The notes under the pieces: generated by a model
Seen by the model: the letters and a program-made list of their open reading frames with translations, nothing else
Databases searched by the model: none
Told to the model about the DNA's origin: nothing
Assembly: GCA_965602035.1 (NCBI GenBank)
Contig: OZ271919.1
Coordinates: 1,259,937 to 1,291,936 of the forward strand
Direction: 5' to 3'
DNA length: 32,000 nucleotides
DNA from: Natronospirillum sp.
Lineage (GTDB): Bacteria; Pseudomonadota; Gammaproteobacteria; Pseudomonadales; Natronospirillaceae
Shown here: one piece after another, positions 17,840-26,098 of the stretch
Layout of the letters: the number at the start of each line of letters is the position of its first letter
Position numbering within the stretch: position 1 is the first letter of the stretch
Position numbers and translations under genes: made by a program

Positions 17840-18875
17840 GCGCCTCCCGTGTGCGCTCCCGAAGACAATCCAGTGCCTGAGCGAAAACCCTGGCATCCGC
17901 GCCCTTGCGGTGCGCGTTCTCACTCAGGTATCGGCGGTACTGCCGGGCTCCCGGCACCTGATGGAAGAGATTGAACAACGGTTTAATGACCCGGTTCAAT
18001 GGCACCCCTGCCGCTGTTTGCTGCTCGATGTAAGGAATCATGCGCTTGGCTACCATCATCGCGACCTCACGGTCGCTCCTACAAACGAGCCCGTCCGCAG
18101 GAGCTGCCGAAGGCTGCGATTCTGCGATCCGTTCATGCGCCGCCAATATCGAATCCACCTGCGCCAACAACAACGGGTTCTGGCTAACCTCGCGGCCCAG
18201 CATAACGCCATCAACGGTGTCCAGATGCCCGGCCCAGTCCCGGGCACCCAGCCCACCGTTCAGGACGATTTCCAATTCCGGAAAATCCGCCTTCAGCCGC
18301 TTCACCCGGTCATAGTCCAGAGGTGGCACCGTCCGGTTTTCCTTTGGGCTCAGACCCTGAAGATGCGCCTTACGCGCATGCACGATAAAGGTCCGGCAAC
18401 CACTCTCGGCCACCGTGCCCACGAAATCCCTCAGGAACGCGTAGCTGTCATGATCATCAATGCCGATCCGGTGCTTTACTGTCACCGGTACATCTGTGAC
18501 CTCACGCATTGCCCGGACGCCATCGCGCACCATGGCCGGATGGCCCATCAGAACAGCACCGATCAGGCCGTTCTGCACGCGGTCACTCGGGCAACCCACA
18601 TTCAGGTTGATCTCGTCATAACCCCAGCGTGTGCCCAATTCAGCACTGTGAGCCAGTTCCCGCGGGTCATTGCCCCCCAGTTGCAGGGCAACCGGGTGTT
18701 CGTCATCATTATAATCAAGGAACCGGGCCGGGTTGGCGTGAATCAGCGCTCCCGTGGTGACCATTTCGGTGTACAGTACGGCACGGCGAGACAGTAACCG
18801 CCAGAAATAACGACAGTGGCGGTCGGTCCAGTCCATCATGGGTGCTGTGCAGAATCGGTGATCCAGTTCAGGCAT
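17829..18875 (-). CDS. dusA: tRNA-dihydrouridine(20/20a) synthase
   Basis: 348 aa, FCTAPMMDWTDRHCRYFWRLLS...LYTEMVTTGA...VALQLGG...INLNVGCPSDRVQNG...GARQYRRYLSENAHRKGAD, colinear with E. coli DusA. Confidence 0.93.
   Translation of the reverse strand: MPELDHRFCTAPMMDWTDRHCRYFWRLLSRRAVLYTEMVTTGALIHANPARFLDYNDDEHPVALQLGGNDPRELAHSAELGTRWGYDEINLNVGCPSDRVQNGLIGAVLMGHPAMVRDGVRAMREVTDVPVTVKHRIGIDDHDSYAFLRDFVGTVAESGCRTFIVHARKAHLQGLSPKENRTVPPLDYDRVKRLKADFPELEIVLNGGLGARDWAGHLDTVDGVMLGREVSQNPLLLAQVDSILAAHERIAESQPSAAPADGLVCRSDREVAMMVAKRMIPYIEQQTAAGVPLNRVIKPLFNLFHQVPGARQYRRYLSENAHRKGADARVFAQALDCLRERTREAHVA
18074..18121. repeat. REP-like element embedded in frame inside dusA
   Basis: GCTCCTACAAA (18075..18085) and AGGAGCTGCCGAAGGCTGCGAT (18099..18120) are exact reverse-complement matches to 13944..13954 and 13882..13903. 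GCTCCT/AGGAGC can form a 6-bp stem. The element encodes ...IAESQPSAAPADGLVCRSD... in a DusA segment about 18 aa longer than in E. coli. Confidence 0.65.
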
Positions 18876-18949
18876 AGTAGTCGCCGGTCAGAAACGCGGC
18901 TGTATTGTAAACGCCGGAAAATGGAAAGAACAATGTCGGAGACAAAACC

Positions 18950-19558
18950 ATGATCTACAGTCTCGTGATGCTCGCCCTGTTGAGCATACTGGCCGCTCTG
19001 GCTGGCCTCTGGGTATTGAGTCGGGCGCGCTGGTTTACCGGCTTTGTTTTCGGCAGCATCGGCCTCGGCGCTTTCCTGGTCACCGGTGCAGCAGTGGCGG
19101 CCGCCTTCCAGTTAACACAGTATGACGCCCTGAATAATGAAACCCTGGTCGGAACCGCCACGGTCACCGCAGAAGCAAACAGCGAGTTCAATGTGGTGCT
19201 CAACCACAACGGCTCGGTCGACCGGCTCAATGCCACCGGTGAAGCCTGGCGCGTCCGTATACGGCGAATCAACGTCCCCCGATTTCTGATCATCGGCGCC
19301 GACCGCCACTACATCCTCATTGAAGACGTCGATGCCCGCTTCAACCGACTTGCCGACGAAGAATCCATCACGCGCGAAGCATCCCCACGCCCGCTGTTCC
19401 GCCGGATCGGTGTTCAGACTCTGCAATGGGCGTTTAACGGTGAGCTTCTGGCCACACAGCGAGTGCCGGTAGCCGATGGTGCCATCTATACGCTGAATCT
19501 GACCGGCGGCGACCTGCAACTGGAGCCGGTGAATGAGGAGGCGCAGTCGACGCTCTGA
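18950..19558 (+). CDS. Hypothetical membrane-anchored protein
   Basis: 202 aa with two N-terminal hydrophobic helices (LVMLALLSILAALAGLWVL; FVFGSIGLGAFLVTGAAVAAAF), then a beta-rich soluble region. No motif recognised. Confidence 0.55.
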   Translation: MIYSLVMLALLSILAALAGLWVLSRARWFTGFVFGSIGLGAFLVTGAAVAAAFQLTQYDALNNETLVGTATVTAEANSEFNVVLNHNGSVDRLNATGEAWRVRIRRINVPRFLIIGADRHYILIEDVDARFNRLADEESITREASPRPLFRRIGVQTLQWAFNGELLATQRVPVADGAIYTLNLTGGDLQLEPVNEEAQSTL

Positions 19559-19565
19559 CGCGGGT

Positions 19566-20642
19566 TCAGATATTCCGCCTCAGCAGCAACATCCCTACCC
19601 CCAGTGCCAGCAATACGGGCACGAACGTCGCCCACATCGGACTCAGGCCAATGTAGAGACCAACCGGCCCGAGAAACTGCTGTGCAATCTGCAGCACGAG
19701 TGCCAGGGCGACACCCAGTGAAATTCTGAGCCCGATGGATATGCTGCGAGTTGAGCCGAAGACGAAAGCAATGCCGATCAGGCTCAACGCCAGCGTCAGC
19801 ACCGGTGCGCTGACCCGACTCCAGAACTCCAGGCCCACCACCGGGCTCAGTACCGCACGTTCCCGCAGGAACTCAACCTGCGCCCAGACTTCAGGCAGCG
19901 TCAGCACATCGAGCGGACTTGCCAGGTTGTAGATCAGCTCCGGGGTCAGCAAGGCGGGCAGCGCAACGGTGCCCAGTTGACTGCGCGTGAAACTGGCCGA
20001 TTGCTCGTCCGTGCCCTCCCAGGTCACTTCCTCCACACCGAACAGCGTCCAGCCCTCAGGCGACAGGTCGGCCTCAGTGGCAAACAATGTCCGGTCGATC
20101 CGGTTATCCGCTGCCCGTTCGATCACGAACACGTTGCGGGCTTCGGTGACACTCAGGAACTGGCCGACTCGCACAAGACGGTTGCCGCTCTGGTACCACT
20201 CCGCGAGGTCCAGGCTCTGGTCGCTGCCCATCTTGTCCGCCCGGTAGGTCTCCGCTTCCAGCTTCATGGCCGGCCCTGCCAGTTCCCCCATGGCGAACAG
20301 TACACCGGTAGCCACCACCGCCGGCGTCAGAATGGTCACCAACAGTCGCCACATCGGCATACCGGTCGCACGAATCGCCGTCAGCTCGCTGCTGGCCGCC
20401 AGGCCGCCAACACTGACCAGCGTGCCCACCATGACAATGAAGGCAAAAAAGTACCGGTAGATTTCGCTCGGCAGCTCCAGCAGTGTGAACCACATCACCG
20501 CGGCCGACGTGAAATCGTCTCCGCCCCGGCGCGCCAGTTCATCGGCAAAGCCCAGTACACCCAGCAGGCTGGCGAACACGAAAAAGACCATGAAAATGCT
20601 GATGAGTGTGCGTTTCAGCACGTAGCGGGAGATCACTCTCAT
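19566..20642 (-). CDS. lptG: LPS export ABC transporter permease LptG
   Basis: YjgP/YjgQ family. I place the start at the ATG at 20642 (MRVISRYVLKRTLISIF...), which overlaps the lptF stop as ATGA. The track's upstream extension lies inside lptF. Confidence 0.9.
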   Translation of the reverse strand: MRVISRYVLKRTLISIFMVFFVFASLLGVLGFADELARRGGDDFTSAAVMWFTLLELPSEIYRYFFAFIVMVGTLVSVGGLAASSELTAIRATGMPMWRLLVTILTPAVVATGVLFAMGELAGPAMKLEAETYRADKMGSDQSLDLAEWYQSGNRLVRVGQFLSVTEARNVFVIERAADNRIDRTLFATEADLSPEGWTLFGVEEVTWEGTDEQSASFTRSQLGTVALPALLTPELIYNLASPLDVLTLPEVWAQVEFLRERAVLSPVVGLEFWSRVSAPVLTLALSLIGIAFVFGSTRSISIGLRISLGVALALVLQIAQQFLGPVGLYIGLSPMWATFVPVLLALGVGMLLLRRNI

Positions 20643-21769
20643 GAGTTTGCCCCCTCGCGGCGCAAAGCGCGGCGCAGCCGCCAGCGGTTCAGCCACCCCT
20701 TCCAGTCCAGTTGCCACAGCAGCGCCAGCAGTATGGCCAGCAGGTGAACCCACCAGTAATTGGCCCAGAGCGGCAGGCCGTCCGCATTGCGCGCCGAGGC
20801 ATTCACCGTTCGGGTGAAATAGTTATATAGCAGATAAAGTATAACGGCCGGCAGCACAGCCGCGTTCTTGCCGCTGCGCGGCGTATAGCGGGTTAATGCG
20901 ACCGCCCAGAACGCGAAGACCAGCACAGTGAACGGATAAAGCAGACGTTGCTGGCCTTCAGTCACGCTGCGTCGGCTGGAAGAGTTCAGCAGGTCCGACA
21001 GCGCTGCGCCATCCGTGCCCGCCGACCGCGACCCACCACCCACTTCAAGGCGCAGGTACAGTTCACTGAACAGGGTTTTCTCCAGCTCTTCAGAGCCGTC
21101 GTCACGCAGCAGTTCACCCTGTTTCAGCAGCAGGTAGCGCACACCCTCCCGGCTTGTCACTTCCGCCCGGTCAGCACTGATCAGGCGCTGTTCCGCCTCC
21201 ACCTCTGCATTGGTATCATCCTGAATGTTGCCGGTATAGGCTACGAACACATCCACCAATTCGCCTGTGGACGCGTCGCTGCTCTCGGCGTACAGCGTGC
21301 TCCCATCGGCACTGATCGGGGCAAACTCACCTGGCTGAATCAACTCGGCTGCCGGCCGCTGCGCCAATGTCGACTCAAGGTCCGCCGCCGCTCGCGCCGC
21401 CCAGGGCGTCACCACCAGACTCAGTACAAATACCAGGGCGGTGATCAGCGCGGCAACGCCCAGCACCAGTGCCAGGATCCGGCTGTCGGAGTAGCCGACC
21501 GACTGCAGTACCACGCGCTCACTGGAAGCCGACAACTGCCCCAGAGCCAGCACGGAAGCGAGGAAAAAGGCACCCGGCATCAATTCTTTCAGCACGCCCG
21601 GTACCTGATACCCGATCAGCAGACCGACCGCTGACCCCGGTAGCGTGCCACTCAGGGCGCGCGTGAGCACCTCACCGAACGCTTCCGCCAGCAGCAGAAT
21701 GGTCAGCAACGCACTGATCGCCAGAAACGGCACCAGAATCAGGCGCAACAGGTAGCGTTGGATGATCAT
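20639..21769 (-). CDS. lptF: LPS export ABC transporter permease LptF
   Basis: YjgP/YjgQ family. Start at the ATG at 21769 (MIIQRYLLRLILVPFLAISALL...); the track's 45-aa N-terminal extension looks non-coding. Confidence 0.9.
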   Translation of the reverse strand: MIIQRYLLRLILVPFLAISALLTILLLAEAFGEVLTRALSGTLPGSAVGLLIGYQVPGVLKELMPGAFFLASVLALGQLSASSERVVLQSVGYSDSRILALVLGVAALITALVFVLSLVVTPWAARAAADLESTLAQRPAAELIQPGEFAPISADGSTLYAESSDASTGELVDVFVAYTGNIQDDTNAEVEAEQRLISADRAEVTSREGVRYLLLKQGELLRDDGSEELEKTLFSELYLRLEVGGGSRSAGTDGAALSDLLNSSSRRSVTEGQQRLLYPFTVLVFAFWAVALTRYTPRSGKNAAVLPAVILYLLYNYFTRTVNASARNADGLPLWANYWWVHLLAILLALLWQLDWKGWLNRWRLRRALRREGANS

Positions 21770-21910
21770 GCAATCAGCGGGCCTCAGAAAAAGACGACAT
21801 AACTTGACCGAAGCACATTGCCTTAAAGCGGGCCGAACGGCAACCACACAACCGGCACCGCGCGATGCCAGGGCATTGATAGAATTACAAAAACAGGCCG
21901 GCACTCAGTG

Positions 21911-21939
21911 TTGACAACCCCACAGGCCGCGGCTAGGAT
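21911..21939 (+). promoter_or_regulatory. Sigma70-type promoter for tRNA-Asn
   Basis: TTGACA (21911..21916), 17-nt spacer, TAGGAT (21934..21939), about 10 nt upstream of the tRNA. Confidence 0.55.
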
Positions 21940-21949
21940 ACGCGCACTT

Positions 21950-22025
21950 TCCCCGATAGCTCAGTTGGTAGAGCAGTAGACTGTTAATCTATTGGTCGCT
22001 GGTTCGAGTCCAGCTCGGGGAGCCA
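21950..22025 (+). tRNA. tRNA-Asn (anticodon GTT)
   Basis: 76 nt, TCCCCGATAGCTCAGTTGGTAGAGC...GACTGTTAATC...GGTTCGAGTCCAGCTCGGGGAGCCA. The acceptor stem TCCCCGA/TCGGGGA pairs fully, with a GTT anticodon loop. Confidence 0.95.
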
Positions 22026-22032
22026 AACTCCG

Positions 22033-22058
22033 AAAACCCGCCCCCGGCGGGTTTTTTT
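22033..22058 (+). terminator. Rho-independent terminator after tRNA-Asn
   Basis: AAAACCCGCC-CCC-GGCGGGTTTT stem-loop followed by a T-run (22052..22058). Confidence 0.8.
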
Positions 22059-22077
22059 CGTTGCGAGGGACAAAAAT

Positions 22078-22473
22078 ATGCTCGTGGAAGCACCAATCTC
22101 ACTGGGTGAACTCGTGGACAAGATCACCATCCTCGAGATCAAGCAGCAGAACATCGCGGACGAAGCCAAACTGAAGAACATCCGGCACGAGCTCGAGGTG
22201 CTGAACGAGCGGCTGAAAACCCAGCTCGATGTCGCCGGTACGGCCAAACTGTCGCCCCTGAAGGAGAAACTGAAAACCATCAATGAATCGCTCTGGGGCA
22301 TTGAAGACGATATCCGCGACTGCGAGCGCAACCGGGATTTCGGAGAAGACTTCGTCCGCCTCGCCCGTTCCGTATATTTCACCAACGACGAACGCGCCGA
22401 TGTGAAAAAGCAGATCAATGTCGCGTTCGGCTCTGAGCTGGTGGAAGAAAAATCCTACCAGAGCTACCAGTAA
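22078..22473 (+). CDS. Hypothetical small helical protein (possibly DUF6165-like) heading the LPS-core gene run
   Basis: 131 aa, MLVEAPISLGELVDKITILEIKQQNIADEAKLKNIRHELEVLNERL... The DUF assignment is from memory and unverified. Lies 10 nt upstream of waaC. Confidence 0.55.
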   Translation: MLVEAPISLGELVDKITILEIKQQNIADEAKLKNIRHELEVLNERLKTQLDVAGTAKLSPLKEKLKTINESLWGIEDDIRDCERNRDFGEDFVRLARSVYFTNDERADVKKQINVAFGSELVEEKSYQSYQ

Positions 22474-22483
22474 GGACGCACCT

Positions 22484-23509
22484 GTGAAGGTTCTGCTGGT
22501 GAAGATGTCCTCCATGGGAGACATCCTGCATACCTTCCCGGCACTGAGTGACCTTCAGCGTGCCCGCCCTGATATCCACCTGCACTGGGTAGTGGAAAAG
22601 CCGTTTGTCGAACTCGCCGGCTGGCACCCCGGTGCCGAACGAATCATTCCCATTGAACAGCGACGCTGGCTGCGTCAGCGCAACCGCGCCAGTTGGCAGG
22701 CGTTCCGTCAGTGGCGCCGCGAGCTGCGCAAGACAGCCTATGATGCGGTCATCGACAGCCAGGCCCTGACCAAGAGCGCATTGATTGCCCGCCAGGCGCG
22801 CCGTTCCGGCCCTCTCCATGGTTTTCACCCGCGCGACATCCGCGAAAAGCCGGCCGGCTGGCTGGTCACAAACCGACATCGGGTTGACCCCGATCAGCAC
22901 GCCATCAACCGGCAACGAGCCCTGTTTGCTGCGGCGTTTGGCTATACACATGAGGGCGCTCCCGACTTCGGCATTCGCGATACCGTGCGGGCCATCGCCT
23001 CGCCGCCGGCCCAACCACGAGTCATGCTGATTCCGGGCACTACCTGGGCCAACAAGCACTGGCATCTGCCACACTGGATCACGCTGGCGTCGGAACTGAT
23101 CGCTCAGGGCGAGGCAGTCGAGATCGTCTGGGGCTCTCCGGGCGAGCAGGCCATGGCCCGGCAGATCCGGGAACAATGCCCGGAAGTGGTGGTACCGGAC
23201 GAGCGGCTCACCATTCCACAGGTAGCCGGCCGGCTGGCCCACGCGCGAGCCGCGGTGGGTATGGACACCGGTTTTTCGCACATTGCCGGTGCCGTCGGCA
23301 CGCCCACCATCGCTCTCTATGGCCCGACCGCGCCGGGCCACTACGGGTTGCTTGGCGCCCATACAGGAAACGAGTCGCTTGCCCTCGACTGCCAGCCATG
23401 CCACCAACGCCAGTGCAAATGGTTGCCGAAAGGCAGCACCCAGGCCCCGCCCTGCATGCGGGAACTGACCCCGGAGCGTATACTGGCCCAACTGAACCGT
23501 CTGCTCTGA
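22484..23509 (+). CDS. waaC: Lipopolysaccharide heptosyltransferase I
   Basis: A GTG start at 22484 with AAGGA SD gives VKVLLVKMSSMGDILHTFPALSDLQRARPDIHLHWVVEKPFVELAGWHPGAERIIPIEQRRW, colinear with E. coli WaaC (MRVLIVKTSSMGDVLHTLPALTDA...). The track's earlier start overlaps the preceding ORF. Confidence 0.88.
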   Translation: MKVLLVKMSSMGDILHTFPALSDLQRARPDIHLHWVVEKPFVELAGWHPGAERIIPIEQRRWLRQRNRASWQAFRQWRRELRKTAYDAVIDSQALTKSALIARQARRSGPLHGFHPRDIREKPAGWLVTNRHRVDPDQHAINRQRALFAAAFGYTHEGAPDFGIRDTVRAIASPPAQPRVMLIPGTTWANKHWHLPHWITLASELIAQGEAVEIVWGSPGEQAMARQIREQCPEVVVPDERLTIPQVAGRLAHARAAVGMDTGFSHIAGAVGTPTIALYGPTAPGHYGLLGAHTGNESLALDCQPCHQRQCKWLPKGSTQAPPCMRELTPERILAQLNRLL

Positions 23510-23579
23510 CGTGGGCGGCGTCAGCCTTGGACGCACTCGCCGGAAACCGGTATCATCCGCGGCCTGACCGTTCAACCCA

Positions 23580-24314
23580 GTGGACCTGATGAGCAGCCGT
23601 TCCCGTCGCTTCAAATCCATGCCTGATTTCTTTCAGCGCTGGCGTGCGTTCCTGGCGCAGCGCATGAACCAGCCGTGGGCGCGAGCACTGGCCTGGGTGG
23701 ATCTCATGATCATGGACCACGGCTTCCTGCGGCCCTATTTCAACCGGCCGGAGCCCATTGCACCGGGCGTCTGGCGCTCCAACCAGCCGACGCCCGGTAC
23801 ACTCCGCAAGCTGGCTCGTGACCCCGGCCTGAAAACCGTGCTGAACCTGCGTGGCGAGAGCGTCAGCGGGTACCATCAGCTCGAAAAAATCACCTGCCAT
23901 CGCCTTGGCCTGAAGCTGATTACGGTCAAGTTGTCCTCACGTCGGGCACCGAGTGTGCGACGGTTACATGAGCTGCGCGCCATCTTTCTGGAAGCGGACC
24001 GCCCGCTGTTGCTGCACTGCAAGTCCGGCGCTGATCGAGCCGGCCTCGTCTCAGCGCTCTACTTGCTGATGACCGGCCAGGGCACGCCGGCCGAGGCCCG
24101 TGAGCAGTTGTCTTTCCGGTATCTCCACATAAAAAGTGCCAAAACCGGTATTCTCGACCATGTGCTGGCAGCCTATGCCAGCGCGCACGAGGCATCGGGA
24201 ATCGCGTTCATGGACTGGGTGGACGAAGCGTACGACCCGGAACAGCTGACGAAAGAATTCAAACCGCGCGGCTGGGCCAACCTGCTGGTCGACGGCCTCT
24301 TGCGGCGCGAGTGA
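23580..24314 (+). CDS. Cys-based (CX5R) protein-tyrosine/dual-specificity-phosphatase-fold protein
   Basis: 244 aa with the PTP P-loop HCKSGADRAG (LLLHCKSGADRAGLVSALYLL). The start is uncertain (GTG at 23580 or ATG at 23589). Its stop overlaps a possible msbA GTG start (GTGA at 24311..24314). Confidence 0.7.
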   Translation: MDLMSSRSRRFKSMPDFFQRWRAFLAQRMNQPWARALAWVDLMIMDHGFLRPYFNRPEPIAPGVWRSNQPTPGTLRKLARDPGLKTVLNLRGESVSGYHQLEKITCHRLGLKLITVKLSSRRAPSVRRLHELRAIFLEADRPLLLHCKSGADRAGLVSALYLLMTGQGTPAEAREQLSFRYLHIKSAKTGILDHVLAAYASAHEASGIAFMDWVDEAYDPEQLTKEFKPRGWANLLVDGLLRRE

Positions 24315-26089
24315 ATCGGACTATGCGACCCACCTACGATCTGGACAAGCACCAGCACACTCGCCGACGCGACCTGTTGAAACGCGTCTGGCGCGAATAC
24401 ATCGTTCGTCACTGGCCGATACTGTCGGTTGCCGGTGTTCTGATGGTGATTGAAGGCAGCGCCCTCGGGCTGATCAGCTACATGGTGCAACCCATGTTCG
24501 ACGATGTCTTTGTCGCCGGGAATGCCGGCGCCATCGCCGGTGTCGCCGGCATCATCTTCGCCATCTTCACGGCTCGCGCGCTGGGGAGCTTCGGTCAACG
24601 GTCTCTGGTGATCATGGTCGGCCTGCGTGTTATCACCAACATGCAGAAAGACTTGTTGTCGCATATGGTCCGGCTGGACAGCGCATTTTTCAGCCAGCAG
24701 AGTCCGGGCGCGTTGATCGAACGCGTGCGCGGCGACACTCAGGCACTGAAAGGTTTCGCCAGCAATGCCCTCATGACCCTGGGCCGCGACACGGTTACCC
24801 TGATCGCTCTGCTTGCGGTGGCATTCTCCGTCGACTGGCGCTGGACGCTGGTGGCCTTTCTCGGCGTACCCGCCCTGGTGGTGCCGATCGTTCTGCTGCA
24901 GCGCTCCATACTGCGCACAACCCGGCGGGCACGGCATACCTCGGGAGAGATGTCCACGCGGCTGGATGAGATCTTTCACGGTATCAACGCGATCAAGCTG
25001 AACAATCTCGAGCGCCATGAAGACGAACGGTTCAAAAAGGAAACCAACCGCTTCATGCGCTCACAGATGCGCTCGGAAGTGGGCAAGGCCGGCCTGCCCG
25101 CCATGATCGATTTCATTGCCGGCTTCGGTTTTGTGGCGGTGGTCGTCTACGGCGGGCAAGAGATCATCGCCGGTGAAAAAACCGTGGGCCAGTTCATGAG
25201 CTTCTTCACCGCCATGGCGCTCATGTTTGACCCGCTGCGGCGGCTGAGCAATGTCAGCGGCGCCATTCAGGCAGCGTTGGCCAGTCTCGAGCGCCTGTAC
25301 GGCGTGTTCGACGCGCGCCCCACCATTGTTGACCGTGAGCCGGTGACACCGCTGCTGCCGGAGCACAGTAACGGGGATATCGAATTCCGTCAGGTCCAGT
25401 TCGCCTATGGCGAAACGGCCGTCATCCGCGGGCTCACGTTCCGGGCGCCGGCTGGAAAAATGACGGCGCTGGTCGGCGCTTCGGGTGCCGGCAAGACCAC
25501 GGTATTCAACCTGCTTACGCGCCTGGTGGAACCGCAGAGCGGAGAAATCTGCCTCGGCGGGGCCAATATCAATGCGTTTGCCCTGCGCGACCTGCGGCGC
25601 CAGTTCGCCGTGGTCAGCCAGGATTCCGCCCTGTTTGACGAGAGCATTGCCACCAACATCGGCTTCGGCCGGCTGGATGCCAGCCCGGACGATGTGCAGC
25701 AGGCGGCTCAGGACGGCCTGGTCACCCAGTTTACCCGCAAGCTTACCGAAGGGCTCGACACCCTCGCCGGTCCACGTGGGTCGAATCTGTCGGGCGGGCA
25801 ACGCCAGCGCGTGGTGATCGCCCGGGCGCTGCTCCGCGATGCGCCGGTACTCCTGCTCGATGAAGCCACCTCGGCGCTCGATACCCAGACCGAACAACTG
25901 ATTCAGGAAACTCTGGACACGGTGGCGCGCGACAAGACCACCCTCGTCATCGCGCACCGCTTGTCCACCGTAATGCACGCCGATAACATCCTGGTGATGG
26001 ATCACGGCGAACTGGTCGAACAGGGCACCCATTCCGAGCTGATGGCCCTGAACGGCACATACGCCCAGTTGTATCAGACACTCGATTAA
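24311..26089 (+). CDS. msbA: Lipid A/LPS flippase-type ABC transporter (fused permease/ATPase), MsbA-like
   Basis: 592 aa with a six-TM ABC exporter domain plus an NBD carrying Walker A (GASGAGKTT), the signature LSGGQRQR and Walker B (LLLDEATSALD). Colinear with E. coli MsbA and in an LPS gene context. Alternative start at the ATG at 24323. Confidence 0.85.
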   Translation: MNRTMRPTYDLDKHQHTRRRDLLKRVWREYIVRHWPILSVAGVLMVIEGSALGLISYMVQPMFDDVFVAGNAGAIAGVAGIIFAIFTARALGSFGQRSLVIMVGLRVITNMQKDLLSHMVRLDSAFFSQQSPGALIERVRGDTQALKGFASNALMTLGRDTVTLIALLAVAFSVDWRWTLVAFLGVPALVVPIVLLQRSILRTTRRARHTSGEMSTRLDEIFHGINAIKLNNLERHEDERFKKETNRFMRSQMRSEVGKAGLPAMIDFIAGFGFVAVVVYGGQEIIAGEKTVGQFMSFFTAMALMFDPLRRLSNVSGAIQAALASLERLYGVFDARPTIVDREPVTPLLPEHSNGDIEFRQVQFAYGETAVIRGLTFRAPAGKMTALVGASGAGKTTVFNLLTRLVEPQSGEICLGGANINAFALRDLRRQFAVVSQDSALFDESIATNIGFGRLDASPDDVQQAAQDGLVTQFTRKLTEGLDTLAGPRGSNLSGGQRQRVVIARALLRDAPVLLLDEATSALDTQTEQLIQETLDTVARDKTTLVIAHRLSTVMHADNILVMDHGELVEQGTHSELMALNGTYAQLYQTLD

Positions 26090-26098
26090 GAGGCAGCT

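Noticed and set aside
17970-18000. Inverted repeat ATTGAAC-N17-GTTCAAT inside the dusA 3' region, upstream of the tus-like start. Considered as a Tus autoregulatory site.
   Set aside because: It lies wholly within conserved DusA coding sequence (..PLNRVIKPLFNLF..), has no similarity to Ter, and a 7-bp arm match of this kind is expected by chance.
18876-18949. Checked the dusA 5' end, and the regions flanking tRNA-Phe and tRNA-Asn, for an integrated island. dusA 5' ends and these tRNAs are known integration hot spots.
   Set aside because: No integrase, excisionase or direct-repeat-bounded foreign block is present. The neighbours are ordinary chromosomal genes.
20643-20753. N-terminal extensions in the ORF track for lptG (to 20753), lptF (to 21904), the tus-like gene (to 17923), DUF934 (to 11170), waaC (from 22418) and rfaH (from 12939).
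   Set aside because: The extensions overlap the upstream gene or a non-coding leader and have atypical composition. Internal starts reproduce the conserved family N-termini and give typical ATGA/GTGA or short overlaps.
21855-21870. Sigma54-like TGGCAT-N-GGTGC on the minus strand upstream of lptF.
   Set aside because: The GG/GC spacing is off by one, the -12 element is GGTGC rather than TTGC, and lptFG are housekeeping genes not known to be RpoN-dependent.
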